Of a stretch of DNA of 64,000 bases, positions 45,455 to 57,907 are shown one piece after another. The translations under genes were made by a program, and so were the position numbers. The stretch is from Eledone cirrhosa (Eukaryota). The notes beneath the pieces are model-generated. The model saw only the letters and a program-made list of their open reading frames with translations. It had not been told where the DNA came from and made no database searches. The stretch spans positions 69,564,001 to 69,628,000 of the forward strand of contig OZ024741.1 of NCBI GenBank assembly GCA_964016885.1, given 5' to 3'. Every line of letters begins with the position of its first letter. Position 1 is the first letter of the stretch.

Positions 45455-46692
45455 CCCTTGCTTCTGCTGGACTCCACCAGGTCATAATAGCTGCTAGTGT
45501 TTTTGCATAGCTATGGCTTTCTAAATGTTTATTTATAAACATATCGTATCTCTTTTGAAATACGAAATTCCAATAGATATATATATATATTACAAAATGG
45601 TTGACTGAATATGACATGCTTTTAAAAAAAAAAAAAAAAAAAAAAAGGTATTATGTTCCTTCCTATTCTCACTATCTTTCTATTTCATTTCAATTTCTTC
45701 AAATACATTAGCCGACTACCAGGACAAATAATGAAAGAAGCAAATAATTAAAGAAGCTTCTTTCATTATTTGACCTGGTAGTCGGCTAATGTATTTGAAG
45801 AAATTCAAATCTTTTCCTCTCTATTCAGTCTCTGTGTCTTTCTCTCTCACTCTCTCTCTCTCTCTTCCTGCTTATGTGTGTATATGTGTGTGCTTGTGTT
45901 ACATGAGGGCCTCCTCACGGTCTAATTCTAGTCCTGGTTGTGATTGATATTAGTTCTGGTACATATATATATATATATTGGCAATGGTGTTGGTGGCAAA
46001 ATAGTGATAAGTTCTACCTCCAAAGTCCCTAGGGAAAATAAACTGGAGACAGGTGGATATCGTACATATTCAGACATATATATATATATTTTGTGTGTGT
46101 GTATATGGCAATCTGGTGCCACAACAAAAGCACCCAGTCCATCCTGTAAGATGGTCGTACTGGTAACATGACAAGAGGTTGCTCCCAATTCACTCTGTAA
46201 GGTCTTTGTGCTGGTCACATGACAAGAGGCCCCCAGTCCACCCTGTATAGAGGTCATGCTGGTGACACACGAAAAAATATTCAGTCCACCCTGTTGGCTT
46301 GTGATGCTACTTACACCATTAAAAAGAAATTGACTCAATCCACCCTGTAAAGTGGTTGTGCTTGTGACACGGCATAAAGCGTCCAGTTCAGCCTGTAAGG
46401 TGATTGATGTTAGGAAGGGCATCCAGCAGTAGAAACCAAGCAAAAATACAAATATGTATAAGAAAAATGTGGTCACCTAACTTGAATTGTTTCATAACAC
46501 AACCCGCCTAACCCATGTAAGCACAGAAAATGAACATTAAACCCTGATGATATTGATATATATAAATATATAGTAATATATGAGGTTATAGTGTAATAGT
46601 TCACTATTTTCATTGGTTAGATGAGTTAGGCTCAATGCACATTTTTACCCTTTGTTCTTCAGGAGTGAACAGTTACAGTAGCAAGACTAAGA

Positions 46693-46725
<33 letters not shown>

Positions 46726-48149
46726 TATTTATACATCTATGGTCATTTCAACATAGCTAGATTATCTCATCAACTGTGGAGAAAAAAAACAGATATTATC
46801 AGTTAAGTTACTCCATTATAGGTGCTATACACAAAAAGAGATACATATATAAAATACACACACACACAAATACATAGAGTCTGTTATTGGAGTGTTTTAT
46901 TTCACAAGGCACTTCTTTTGATTTTTTTTATTAGAAAAGGTAAGAAATTATTCATATTTTTAATAATTTGTAAATGTCTAACTAATTTTACAAGTGAACA
47001 TTCATTTTCCATAGAATTTTCGTCGTTACTCACTAAAGTTTATGTGCAGTAAATTGGTTATACTTCTACAATACACAAGATATTTTAATTTTTTTATACA
47101 GTTCCTAATAATATTTAATTATAAAAATGCAATAAGATTTTTTAAACAACAAATGGCTATGGGGATCCACCAGAGTAAAATAGGAATCAAAGTGGTCCAT
47201 AGGTAAAATAAAGGTTGAGAACCACTGATCCAGATGGTCAAACCAAGCCATTTAATGATCTTGTAGGATACATATCTACCATATATGCCAGCATACAAGT
47301 TAACATTTGGAGCCTAAAAATATCCCTCCAAAACCAGGGGTCAACTTGTCCGCCGAATATAAAATATGAACCTTTACAACTGAGGGGTAAACAGTGAAAC
47401 TGCCTGCCTAACAGTCGTTGTTCACCACTTACCATAACTCTAGCAGCCCACCACAATTATTTCCTACTGAATCTCATATTTGTTAAGTCTATTTAACATA
47501 GAGATAACATATCATAATATCAATGACTTGCTGTAGCTTGTTTACTAATAAAACTGTTCAGTTAAATCATTTTGTTATCTTTAAAATAAGTTTTACAAAT
47601 TGTATTTTCTTCATATGCATTTTAATTTTACAACTATTTAGTGTTTATTTCCATGTTTTATATTTTATGCAAATAAAGAATGGCAAGCACATCTAGAGCT
47701 GGGGACATGGTGCTGCCTTATTTTTGGGGTGGGAGGAGGGTCATCTTATTTGGTGAATATAAGCCTAAACTTGAATTACACCTCAGAATTCTAGGGGTCG
47801 ACCTATGCGACAGATCAACTTGTACACCATCATGTATGGTAATTTCTCTCACATCTATGCATGGCTCTAATTTCTCCCAGATCTTGTACAGCTCTCACAA
47901 AACATTCATCTAAATCTAGTTTTCTTAATGACCACCAGATAATAAAGCATGGTACCCTATAAAAGGCCTTTCCTGGGTGGAATGCTAGGGACAAAGGCTT
48001 GTTCTTAGCTAAGAACTTCTGCAATTGTTTCATTATCAAGAGGACATCAGTGGAACTTCATCTGGGTACGAATCCAAATAATTCATCTTAGCAATATTTC
48101 TTCTTAATAAGTTGTGCTATAACTTGGGTCATCTATTTGACACCTCTAT

Positions 48150-48954
48150 CTATCTATCTATCTAAGGCGGGTAAAATTCCCGAGATCCATAGACGAGTTC
48201 TCTCCAGCGGTCTCTGTCCCTCATTATCGCTGCCATGTCTTGCGTCTCCAACAGACCAGTGTCTGACCATAGGGCATCAACATACGTCAACCTTGGTCTT
48301 CCTCTTCCAATGTGTCCATGTAGGGGCTCCCAAAGGAGCACTGAGTGCAATGTCAACTCTGGATGTCGGTGAGCATGTCCAGCTAACCTCAGTCTCCTCT
48401 GTGTCACTTTTGAGCTGACTTTTGGGATGCTCCCATACAGCTCTGAGTTTTTCATCCTCAGTGTATACTGATTAATGTTCAGAACCATCCTCAGCATTCT
48501 CGTGTAGCACCCATCCACCATCTGAGCGAGTTTCTTGGTCAGTGTCCAAGTCTCAGACCCATACAGCAGCACAGACTCCACTACAGCAATGAAGAGGCGG
48601 ATTTTCAGGTCTCTACGAAGGTCCGACTTCCACACCGATCTCAAGCTGTGGCACGCCGCCCAGGCCTTGCTCTTCCTCTCAACCACATCATCTTCCGTTA
48701 GAGCAGGAGAGTTAGGGCGAAAAAGGTATCGGATGCTGAATTTGCCGACGACATAGTTTTGGTGACAAATACAGTGAAAGAGGCAGAGGATTTGATGCGG
48801 GAGGTTGAGACTGTGTCGATGAGTGTGGGGCTGAGAATGAATGAGACTAAAACAAAATATCTGGTAGAGAATGTTGAGAAGCCAGAGGGGATCACTAATG
48901 TAGGCGGGAAGCCACTGGAATTGGTTGAGGACTTCTTGTATTTGGGAGCAAAGA
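48150..48954 (-). mobile_element. RTE-superfamily LINE insertion with a 5' inversion and 13-bp TSD
   Basis: Minus segment encodes LLYGSETWTLT...RRLRLAGH...GRPRLTY with a (TAGA)n tail. Plus segment encodes FADD...FLYLGAKI. TSD is TTGACACCTCTAT. Confidence 0.9.
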
Positions 48955-49423
48955 TTGACACCTCTATAGTCATTTTATATAGAGCATCTCCTATACATGC
49001 GTCCTATTTCACCCGAGATTTTCAGAGCATCTTCTTTACATGTATCCTATTTCACCGGAGATTTTCCCTTCCTTTATATTCTTATTAGCCTATATCAGCA
49101 AATCAAAGTAGTTTAGGCAGTTATTCATTTTAGCAGGGGTATTTTTTTGTACTCTTAAATTTTTAGGTTATCAATGACAATAGAACTTTTTAGAAGAAAA
49201 GGAATACATCCTGTTGTATTCATACACACTCACACAAGAGAAATTTCACCTGTACCTATGAAATCTGATAAGATTTTTTTTTTTTAAGCCCTATTTTTAA
49301 GTTGTGTTTTTTAATGATAATCTTTAATTGGCTTTGAAATATCAGATGACATGCAGAGAACCTTGTCAGTAACTCTACCTAACCCCTTCCAAACAACAGC
49401 AAATGTTTACCAGATTAGTGAGA

Positions 49424-49749
49424 ATCATCATCATCATCATTTCATTTTACGTCCACTTTTTTCCTGCTTGCAAGGGTGGGGACGGGAACTGATTCTGGCT
49501 TGATTTCTACAGCTGGATGCCCTTCCTAACACCAACCTCATTTACAGTGAGTGGCACCTCCACGACCACTTTGCAGCGGAATGATAGAGACCCCAGTCCC
49601 TATCATCTCATTTCTACAGCTGAGTAAACTGGAGCAATGTGAAATAAAGTGTCTTGCTCAAGGAAACAACACATCACCCGGTCTGAGGATTGAACTCACA
49701 ACCTTTCGATTGCAAGCCCAATGCTCTAACCACTAAGCCATGTGCCTCC
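49424..49749 (-). mobile_element. CORE-type SINE
   Basis: Reverse complement of the 3085-3422 family. Confidence 0.8.
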
Positions 49750-52700
49750 ATAATAATTGTTTCTACGTTTGGCACAAGGCCAGCAATTACCCAGTGCATA
49801 CTGGTACTTTATTTTATCGACCTCTCCATAATAATAAATGTCATAATACAGTCAAACATTCCGCATTTTAATGTTTTATTTTTTATTTTTGTAATATGAC
49901 TCAATTCTAATCTGAAACATGGAAACGAAAGTTAAATTCTAAAATATTTGTAGCAAGCTTGTATATAACCTGCGCCATTTTCCCTCGAAATTGACACAGC
50001 AAAATCCTTAAGGTTTCCTTTCCTCTTCTGTTCCTGGTTATCCATGTATAAAACAAAGCCAATCTATTGTACACATACTAACAACTAATAGGACGGGTGA
50101 TGATTATTTCGACAGTTTGGTGAAGTGGGTATAGAAAAATACTGGGAGTTTGGAATATGGGTGATCGTCTGACTTGCTAGAAACAGTAGCCAAATCTAAC
50201 TCAAATCATTGAATAATCTAGTACGAAAATTAAAAGATGGGATGATCATGACTAAACAACAAACTAGGTTTAAATAAGTAACATGAATATTTATTACATG
50301 AATATTTATTACAAAAACCTAAAAACTGGCACAAGTGAACATTTTATATACCCACCTGCCTATTCAGCGCTAAGGGGCTTATACCCCACCAATAATGTGG
50401 AACTTGTTGCTATACCATCGAAGAGTAAATATACTTAAGCCCCTTCTACCCCAAAACTGTAAAGGAAGCTCCGCAGTATATGTTTTGGGGGGTTTTTTTC
50501 TAGAAAAAATATTCATGTATATGGTGAGTGAATGGCATAATCGGCAAAATGTCGACAAAATATTTGGTTGCGTCCATTTACTATTTTGAGTTCTAAGAAT
50601 CCTTCTAAAGTCGACTTCAACCTTCATACTCCCATGGTTGATAACATTTAGCAATCGAATACTATAGTGTATTATACCCCTAAAATTGGTGCCCTAACCT
50701 ATTTCCAGTCCAGTCCAATGACTAAAACCAGTAAACTGAATAAAAAGAGTACGTTTATGCTTGTTGTTTAATCTCGATCAAAATGGAAAAAATACTATAA
50801 CCGAAGTAAACCAACTAAAATAAAAACAGCATGTGTTTCAATGTTATCTATGACTACATTACGCAATGTGTCGTTTTTTTTAAATAGTAGGGAGATGAGT
50901 TGCTATTTCTAGCAGGTCGAGCGACTATGTGGCGACTCCATCATTAGCTTGTCTTTTTCTTCCTTGTCAAGTATGGCGCTCTACCCCGTTAATTCATGAA
51001 ACCCGATCAAATTTACTGAACGTTTATGATTGTTTTAAACTCTCTATATATAATTTTATAGAAGCATGATAATCTGACTTTCATGAATTTATGGAAAAAC
51101 AAAGACTATAATTGTATAAAAGCAATTTTCATTTGTTTCTCATTCTTATTCAAAGCAAATATCGTGCTAGAAATCGATACCCGATTCGTTTTTATTAACG
51201 TAGTTATATAATTTGTTTCAATTTTCCCTACACATATTCTCGCGTTTTACCAAAATTTTATACACACACACATACATACAAACACAGATACACACACACA
51301 CACATACTTACATATATACATATGTGCATGCACATACATAACATATACACTCACACACATACATAAATACATACACTCACATACGTACATAACATACATA
51401 CAAGTTAAATAATTCTTCCTTTTTTTAATATTACAAATGAACGGTTAAAATGTTATCTCATTGAAAATTATTTATGTTCTTCTCTGATAATACTCACCAA
51501 ACAAATATATTAAGTAAATAAAATTACATCGTGGAAGAATTATTTTCAATCAGACGCTGTTTTGTAATATTGGACTATTTTCCTTTTCATTGTGTATATA
51601 TCACTATATAATTTTGACAATATATATTGTTACTTTCCTATAATGTCAAGGTTTTGCTATGAATTAACGACCAGGTCATTGACAGAGGAATTATGTCAGT
51701 TACAAAAAATAAAATATACATGGTGTATATCTTATTTTCTGGTAAAAATGTATACACAGTTTGTTCAGAATGCTGTTGAAGTGTGTATACATTTGGGGGG
51801 GGGGGGGGCATTCTGTATATATTTATATGAATGAATAAATGTCATGACACTTTATATTATACAATAAATATTATTACAAATACTAATAAAGCAAGAATAT
51901 GTGTATGTTTTAAATGACTGATGACTAATTATTGATGTGATTATTTATTTCAGTTTCAACTTACGAATCTCAGATTAAGTCATTTGCTAAACTAATACAA
52001 CTCAGAAAACTGTCCTCTAAACAACCCATTTCTCCCCCGCCTCACTCAAGTTAAGATAGAGCATAACAGTGCCATTTTATTTCAAACTCTGAAATTAGTA
52101 AGGATATCTTTGAATTAAGCCGAACAGTAATGTTTATAATGTTCGTAGCTGATTTATTTTAAGTGACTGAGACAATCGAGTGCTGGACGAAATTAATATC
52201 CAAGTATATGGCTTATCTCATCTGGAATGGAAGTTCAAGTTCCATCGCAGGTCAGCCCTGCTCTGATCGAGGAGACCTATGATCAAAGGTATTCTAATCA
52301 CGACTACACCATAATAAAAAATATCTTTTGTGGGTATATCTAAAACCAGTATCTAGTGCAGAGATGGGGAACCTGTGGCTTTATATGCCATTATGTGAGG
52401 CCTTTTGAAAGAAGGCAATAGAAAACTCATCTTAAGCAACATGCACGAAAGGTACTCTCTTGCTTTTCAACCACTTATTAATGCTGCAAATCTACATTCT
52501 CCTACCTAACCAAAATCAAGACGCTTTTGAGATCACAAATGGCGGATGCCAATCTAGAGGTTCAGTTGAAACTTCAGACTTCCGTGCTGCAACCAAATAT
52601 CAAAATGCTTTCCTAAAACAAGCAGTCACAACAGTGATTAAAAGGTAGTTAGCTTTAAAATTAATTTTTTGTTTTCGCTTTTTAGATCATTACTTACATA

Positions 52701-54296
52701 GTAATTAGAGTTTACAAAATAATGTAGATTTTAAGAATATATAATTATAGTCTCTTAAATGCGGCTTTATTATATTACAAGTAACTTAGTGTGGCCTTTC
52801 AACAGGAAAAAGTTCCCCCACCTCTTGTCTAGTGTGTTCATCCTTTCTTAAAGGTAGAGTGTGATTTGAGCAGGATTCTAGCTACTAAATCTAATAAACC
52901 AAGCGACAACATAGACGTTCTTTCCTTGATTCCTGTTCAAATTTACCTTAATTATATATTGGAGACGATCTTGCTAGAAATAGTATCCAACCTTCCATTA
53001 ATATCTCACCCTACCGCCATTAAATTAGATCATATATCTATATATGCCTGAGAAAGAAAATGATGAGATGGAACGCTTTTGAGAGTAGATCAGTGGCAAT
53101 CATGGCAGGTGTAAGTTAAATAAATACGTGCCATTTAAATATTGAGGCTGATACAATGGACCTGTAACTGATATATATTTTTTAATTCTGTAAAATTAAT
53201 ATTTTAGTACTGAGTATCATGACACATGACACATGATTCTTAGTTAACATTTTTGTTGACATTAATAAAATATGTACTCCTTGGCTAAAAATGTCTTGTC
53301 TTGGGTCAATGAAAGAAATCACGATTCTTGTTATTGTTTACACAGACTGTATGATGGCAAGATAATAAGCAATAGCAATATACAGTCAGAATGAGAGTCT
53401 ACATTATCTTTTCCACTAATATCTTGAGGCTAGTTCAATTGACAAAATGAATTTCTCACTTTATATACATATATTACAAGATATATATATATATATCTCA
53501 AAATTACGTAATCCAACTAACAGGTTCAAACAAAATTATTTCTTACCGATTTCTTATCGCCAGGTTGGGATGATGAACAACATATCAGACAGAGCGATTT
53601 TTCTTCCCCCATTGTTTGTATTCAGATGAAACCATCATGCTTCACTATTAGTCTGAAACATTGAGTTATACATATACACACACATATTTACATACTCACA
53701 CACACATACAATATATTGGCACACATACATACATAGGCACGCGCGCACACACACACACACACATATATGTGCGTGTGTGTGTAAATATATATATATATAT
53801 ATATAAAATATATATATATATATATATATGAGTGTGTGTATTCTTTTTATTTTTAATTACAGAAACACGACTATATTAGCGTCCAACTCTGAGTGTTTGC
53901 ATTTTATTCAATCGAAACAATACTGAAAAAAAAAAGAAAGTCTATATAATTATATATACCGACATTCCCAGCGTTACGTTAACTCGGATTGCGGCATTGT
54001 AAAGTATTGTCACTAATTTTGGGATACGATATGTAGTTCAGTCATTACGGAAACTGTCAAATTTTAACCATTTAAAAACTATCTATACCTTGAAGATCAA
54101 AATTAACAATCTGAAAACCTATAATCACGATACGTGTTTATATATATAAATATATATATATATATATTATGCTTTGGGAGGGTCATGTTGCCAGTAAGAA
54201 ACACACGCACCAGTTGCTTTTACTCCAATTTATTATAAGTTAAATTTATAAATTTCCGGTTGGTTGGTTTCACAACCGGACGGTTGTTCATATATT

Positions 54297-54339
54297 GTCA
54301 AAGTTCTTTCGTCACACATTCTGTCACCTCTTCAGTGAC
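54297..54339 (-). ncRNA. Degenerate minimal type I hammerhead
   Basis: Minus strand GTCA-CTGAAGA-G-GTgACA(GAATG)TGTGAC-GAAA-GAAC-TT^TGAC, in a (TA)n-flanked island. Confidence 0.5.
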
Positions 54340-54997
54340 TGGGGATTCTTTTCTTTGTTTTTGTGCCTCTCCTTTGTTCTGTCCTACGCCATCTTGTTTT
54401 TTTTTTGTGTGTGTATATATATATACTAGATGGTTATCTAGCGTTGCTCCGGAAAAAAAAAAAAAATTCAAAAGTAATTTTTTTTTTTAATCCATCTTCT
54501 CCTTTTAACTGTAATAAAGTTTCAAGCATGGCTGAATGGTTAAGAAGCGTGCTTTGTAACCAAATGGTTTTAGATTTATCGTTAGGAGTTGACCAATACT
54601 TTGTGGCAAGAAAATATACTTTTATTCACAGTTGTTTAAAAATAAAATAATTTACTTCATTGAATAATAATGATAAAGGGAAATTCAATGATAAAGGGTA
54701 ATTCACCACCAGTGCTTCAATCGGCCGCACCTCACACCTTAGGGTTTAACTACACACTTTGAGGCAAGCCAACATGCTCGCAGCATTACCACTGATGATG
54801 GCAAGGCTAAGGCGCTGAAATAACCAGGCACCCTCACGGGCATTACCTGACATCTCAGTAAGGTGAGCCGCCAGTGATGACGAGAACTTTGTGAATGAAA
54901 TTTAGAAAATAGATTGAGTATATATATATATCTATATCTATCTATCTAAACGTTGAAACCTCCTCCATTTCCACCAAGCGTGAACCTAATATAACTG

Positions 54998-55030
<33 letters not shown>

Positions 55031-55247
55031 TCCATATATATATATATATAGCAAATATATATATATATATATATAGGAACCAGAATTAGCCGTCGAAACG
55101 GCTTGAGCTCAGCCGTCGGGGTCTTACTGGTTCCTATTACCCACTCTACTACCCTAAGTATTGAGTACTTTGGTGCGTTATGGTCCACCTGGTTCCTTAC
55201 CACATTTCCTTCGTTATATATATATATATATATATATATATAGCAAA

Positions 55248-55281
<34 letters not shown>

Positions 55282-55510
55282 GTATATATATATATAAATA
55301 TATATATTATGGAGTGCTGTTGGCTTTTCGCTGCGGTGTTTTCTATACCTTTCATTTATATATATATATATATGGCAAGTAAGTATGTTTTGAAACAGTG
55401 AGCGAGTTTGAAATTAGAAAATATATAGCTTTCACCGTATTTTTAACTAAAGGAATTTTAGCTTGATAACGGGGTTTAGAACCCTCAGATAAATGGAAAA
55501 AGATGAGTAT

Positions 55511-55581
55511 TGATGTACATGGGAGTCGAACCCACATCTGTGGTTATCGCGACCACTGTGCTACCATTACACCAACACATC
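55511..55581 (-). ncRNA. tRNA-like cloverleaf, second copy
   Basis: Reverse complement of 56008-56078. One U-G acceptor pair is U-A in this copy. Confidence 0.75.
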
Positions 55582-56007
55582 ACCCATCTCTTTCCATTCA
55601 AATTAGAAACTACATTCTTAGCGAGTTTAAATGGCAAGTAAGTATGTTTTGAAACAGTGAGCGAGTTTGAAATTAGAAAATATATAGCTTTCACCGTATT
55701 TTTAACTAAAGGAATTTTAGCTTGATAACAGGGTTTAGAACCCTCAGATAAATGAGAAAAGATGAGTATTGACGTACATGGGAGTCGAACCCACATCTGT
55801 TCGACTCCCATGTACGTCAATACTCATCTTTTTCCATTTATCTGAGGGTTCTAAACCCTGTTATCAAGCTAAAATTCCTTTAGTTAAAAATACGGTGAAA
55901 GCTATATATTTTCTAATTTCAAACTCGCTCACTGTTTCAAAAGATACTTACTTGCCATTTAAACTCGCTAAGAATGTAGTTTCTAATTTGAATGGAAAGA
56001 GATGGGT

Positions 56008-56078
56008 GATGTGTTGGTGTAATGGTAGCACAGTGGTCGCGATAACCACAGATGTGGGTTCGACTCCCATGTACGTCA
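56008..56078 (+). ncRNA. tRNA-like cloverleaf, probably non-decoding
   Basis: Acceptor GATGTGT/GTACGTC, D arm GTGT/GCAC, anticodon arm GTGGT/ACCAC with loop CGCGATA, T arm GTGGG(TTCGACT)CCCAT. Lacks U33 and purine 37. Confidence 0.75.
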
Positions 56079-56251
56079 ATACTCATCTTTTTCCATTTAT
56101 CTGAGGGTTCTAAACCCCGTTATCAAGCTAAAATTCCTTTAGTTAAAAATACGGTGAAAGCTATATATATATATATATAAAGAAAAAGGGATGAAATCGA
56201 AAATGCAACTGAAGTCTTATTTTTTTTAAAAATATATATATTTATTTGGTT

Positions 56252-56289
56252 CCTTTACCGGTTTCGCAGTTCTTCTGCTTTTCAAAAGG
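56252..56289 (-). ncRNA. Inverted copy of the U3-A8 hammerhead
   Basis: Exact reverse complement of 61909-61946. Confidence 0.8.
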
Positions 56290-57315
56290 TGAGTTGAGAT
56301 GGAGGGTCTGTGGTTTTTCTCACATCTGGTTGGTCTCTAAATGTTACTTGTTTTATATGGAAAAAGTGGCTCGAAAACCAGGTTTTTCGAGAAGTAATTT
56401 GATTGGTTTGTCAATAATTATAATAAATTTCGCGCCAGTTCGCGTTACAATAGTTCTTCAAATAAGAGGGGGGGGGGGGGGGGTTGTCGCAGGTTGTTTT
56501 TTCATATATGAGTGTTTGAATTTCTTTTTACTTGAAAAAATGAGGCTCACGAAGGCTTTTTTTTGGTTGGTTATAAATGAAATTTGGCTGTCACGTGAAC
56601 AAGTTTTCATTACATTTTTGCGCCCTTATTTGGAAAACTATTCTGTAGTCTTTATAGTGAATGTTATGACAATGGAGAGATAGTGGTCAAGGGAAAAGGG
56701 ATTGGAAGAAATGTTCTGGTTCAGTGAATATGGCCAGCTGTCAGAGTTCAGGTGTCAGAGTTCAGATTTTCTATTGAGACTGAAGATATGTGTTTATTTG
56801 TTTGCTTGTGTGTTTGTATATGTGTGTGTGTGTGTGTATATGTGTGTATTGGAAGATGATTCTATTAGTAGAGATGGGGGAGGGAGTTGTGTGTTATGTG
56901 TGTGTGTGCGAGTATGTTAGATAGAGAGAATATATATTTTGTGTGTGTGTATATATATATGTGTGTAGGAAAGTGGTTCTATTAGTAGAAATGGGGAGGG
57001 TGTTGTAGGTGTGGGGGTTGTTATGTGTGTGTATGGGTGTTATGTGTGTGGGAGTATGGTTAGCATGTTAAGATGAAGAGAATATATATATATATATATA
57101 TTGTGTGTGTGTGTATGTGTGTGTGTAGGAAAATGATTCCTTTAGTAGGAATATTTTTGAATGAACATATTTTCCTGACTTTTTCGTGTTTGCTATTGTA
57201 TTGCCAGTGCAAACGTATGTTTAAGGTTTATTTAGTTCGGGTTTTTATTTTCTAAAGTAGAAGGTGTTATGTGTGTGTGTGTGTATGTCATATTGTGGTG
57301 TTGACATAATGTATA

Positions 57316-57723
57316 TTAAACCTTATTTAATGTTGGTCTATATTTTTGAATAAACATATTTTCCTTATTTATTCGCATTTGTTCTGTTGTATTGTTAGCG
57401 CAAAGGTAAAATGGGAAGACTTGGAATTTGGGTGTCTTATTACTTGCGCAAATGTCTAGATATGCACTTAGTGGTATCTGTCTCGTGGTTGGATCTCGTA
57501 ATTGTTGGCGATGAACTGTCATTCTGTTTCTGAGTGTGAGTTTAGTTTGTCCTATATAATCTTCATTGCATCCTTTACATTTAATGGCATAAATTAGATT
57601 TTTTGATGAGCAAGTGAAGTGATTTTTTACAGTAAAATTTTGTCCTGATTTAAATGTATACGTGTTGCCTTCAATGAGGTGAGTGCAGGTTCCACAATTA
57701 GAGCGACCACATTTTTTGATACT
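57316..57723 (-). other. Inverted duplicate of the PLE GIY-YIG coding region
   Basis: Translation is identical to the C-terminal part of ORF 60369..60884. Confidence 0.9.
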
Positions 57724-57907
57724 AATCAACATATGGACTTAAAAGCTCACAGCCCGCAAATTCGCCCTTTGGAATCTCCTAAAAAATAATGGCAAGGCAG
57801 ACATATATGAAAAGTGGCTAAACTCTACCCCAATCATCCTCCCCAAAAAACTCCAAATAAAACCCATCCCGAATGAACCAGAAAACCAACAAAGACTTAG
57901 GGAAAAG

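Larger units (their letters stand above)
44897..45575 (+). mobile_element. Retrozyme/PLE-pLTR-like element: ~1.6 tandem 336-nt units plus a 5' inverted arm
   Basis: Direct repeat with period 336. 44897-45052 is the reverse complement of 45128-45283. One hammerhead per unit, (TA)n flanks. Confidence 0.8.
55373..56165. repeat. 284-bp unit repeat: ~1.5 units on minus, then ~1.3 units on plus
   Basis: Period 284 with the inversion point near 55799 and (TA)n on both sides. Diverged relatives at about 2494-2640 and 3730-3860. Confidence 0.9.

Noticed and set aside
54786-54830. CTGATGA...GAAA hammerhead candidate
   Set aside because: Stem II is poor, and no stem III, NUH site or stem I partner can be formed.
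56008-56078. Functional tRNA-Ser(CGA) gene
   Set aside because: No long variable arm, G at position 33, U at 37, a weak G-U-rich acceptor stem, and it lies inside a dispersed repeat.
56100-56120. GAGGGTTCTAAACCCC in the 284-bp unit resembles a twister ribozyme P4/L4
   Set aside because: A tentative P2 (GAAT/ATTC) exists, but the required G-A and pseudoknot partner after it are missing. I also found no hammerhead or pistol core in the unit.
56246-57255. ORFs of 145, 72 and 60 aa, mirrored at 60943-61952
   Set aside because: They are antisense readings of the CA-rich PLE 3' UTR, duplicated only because of the inverted arm.
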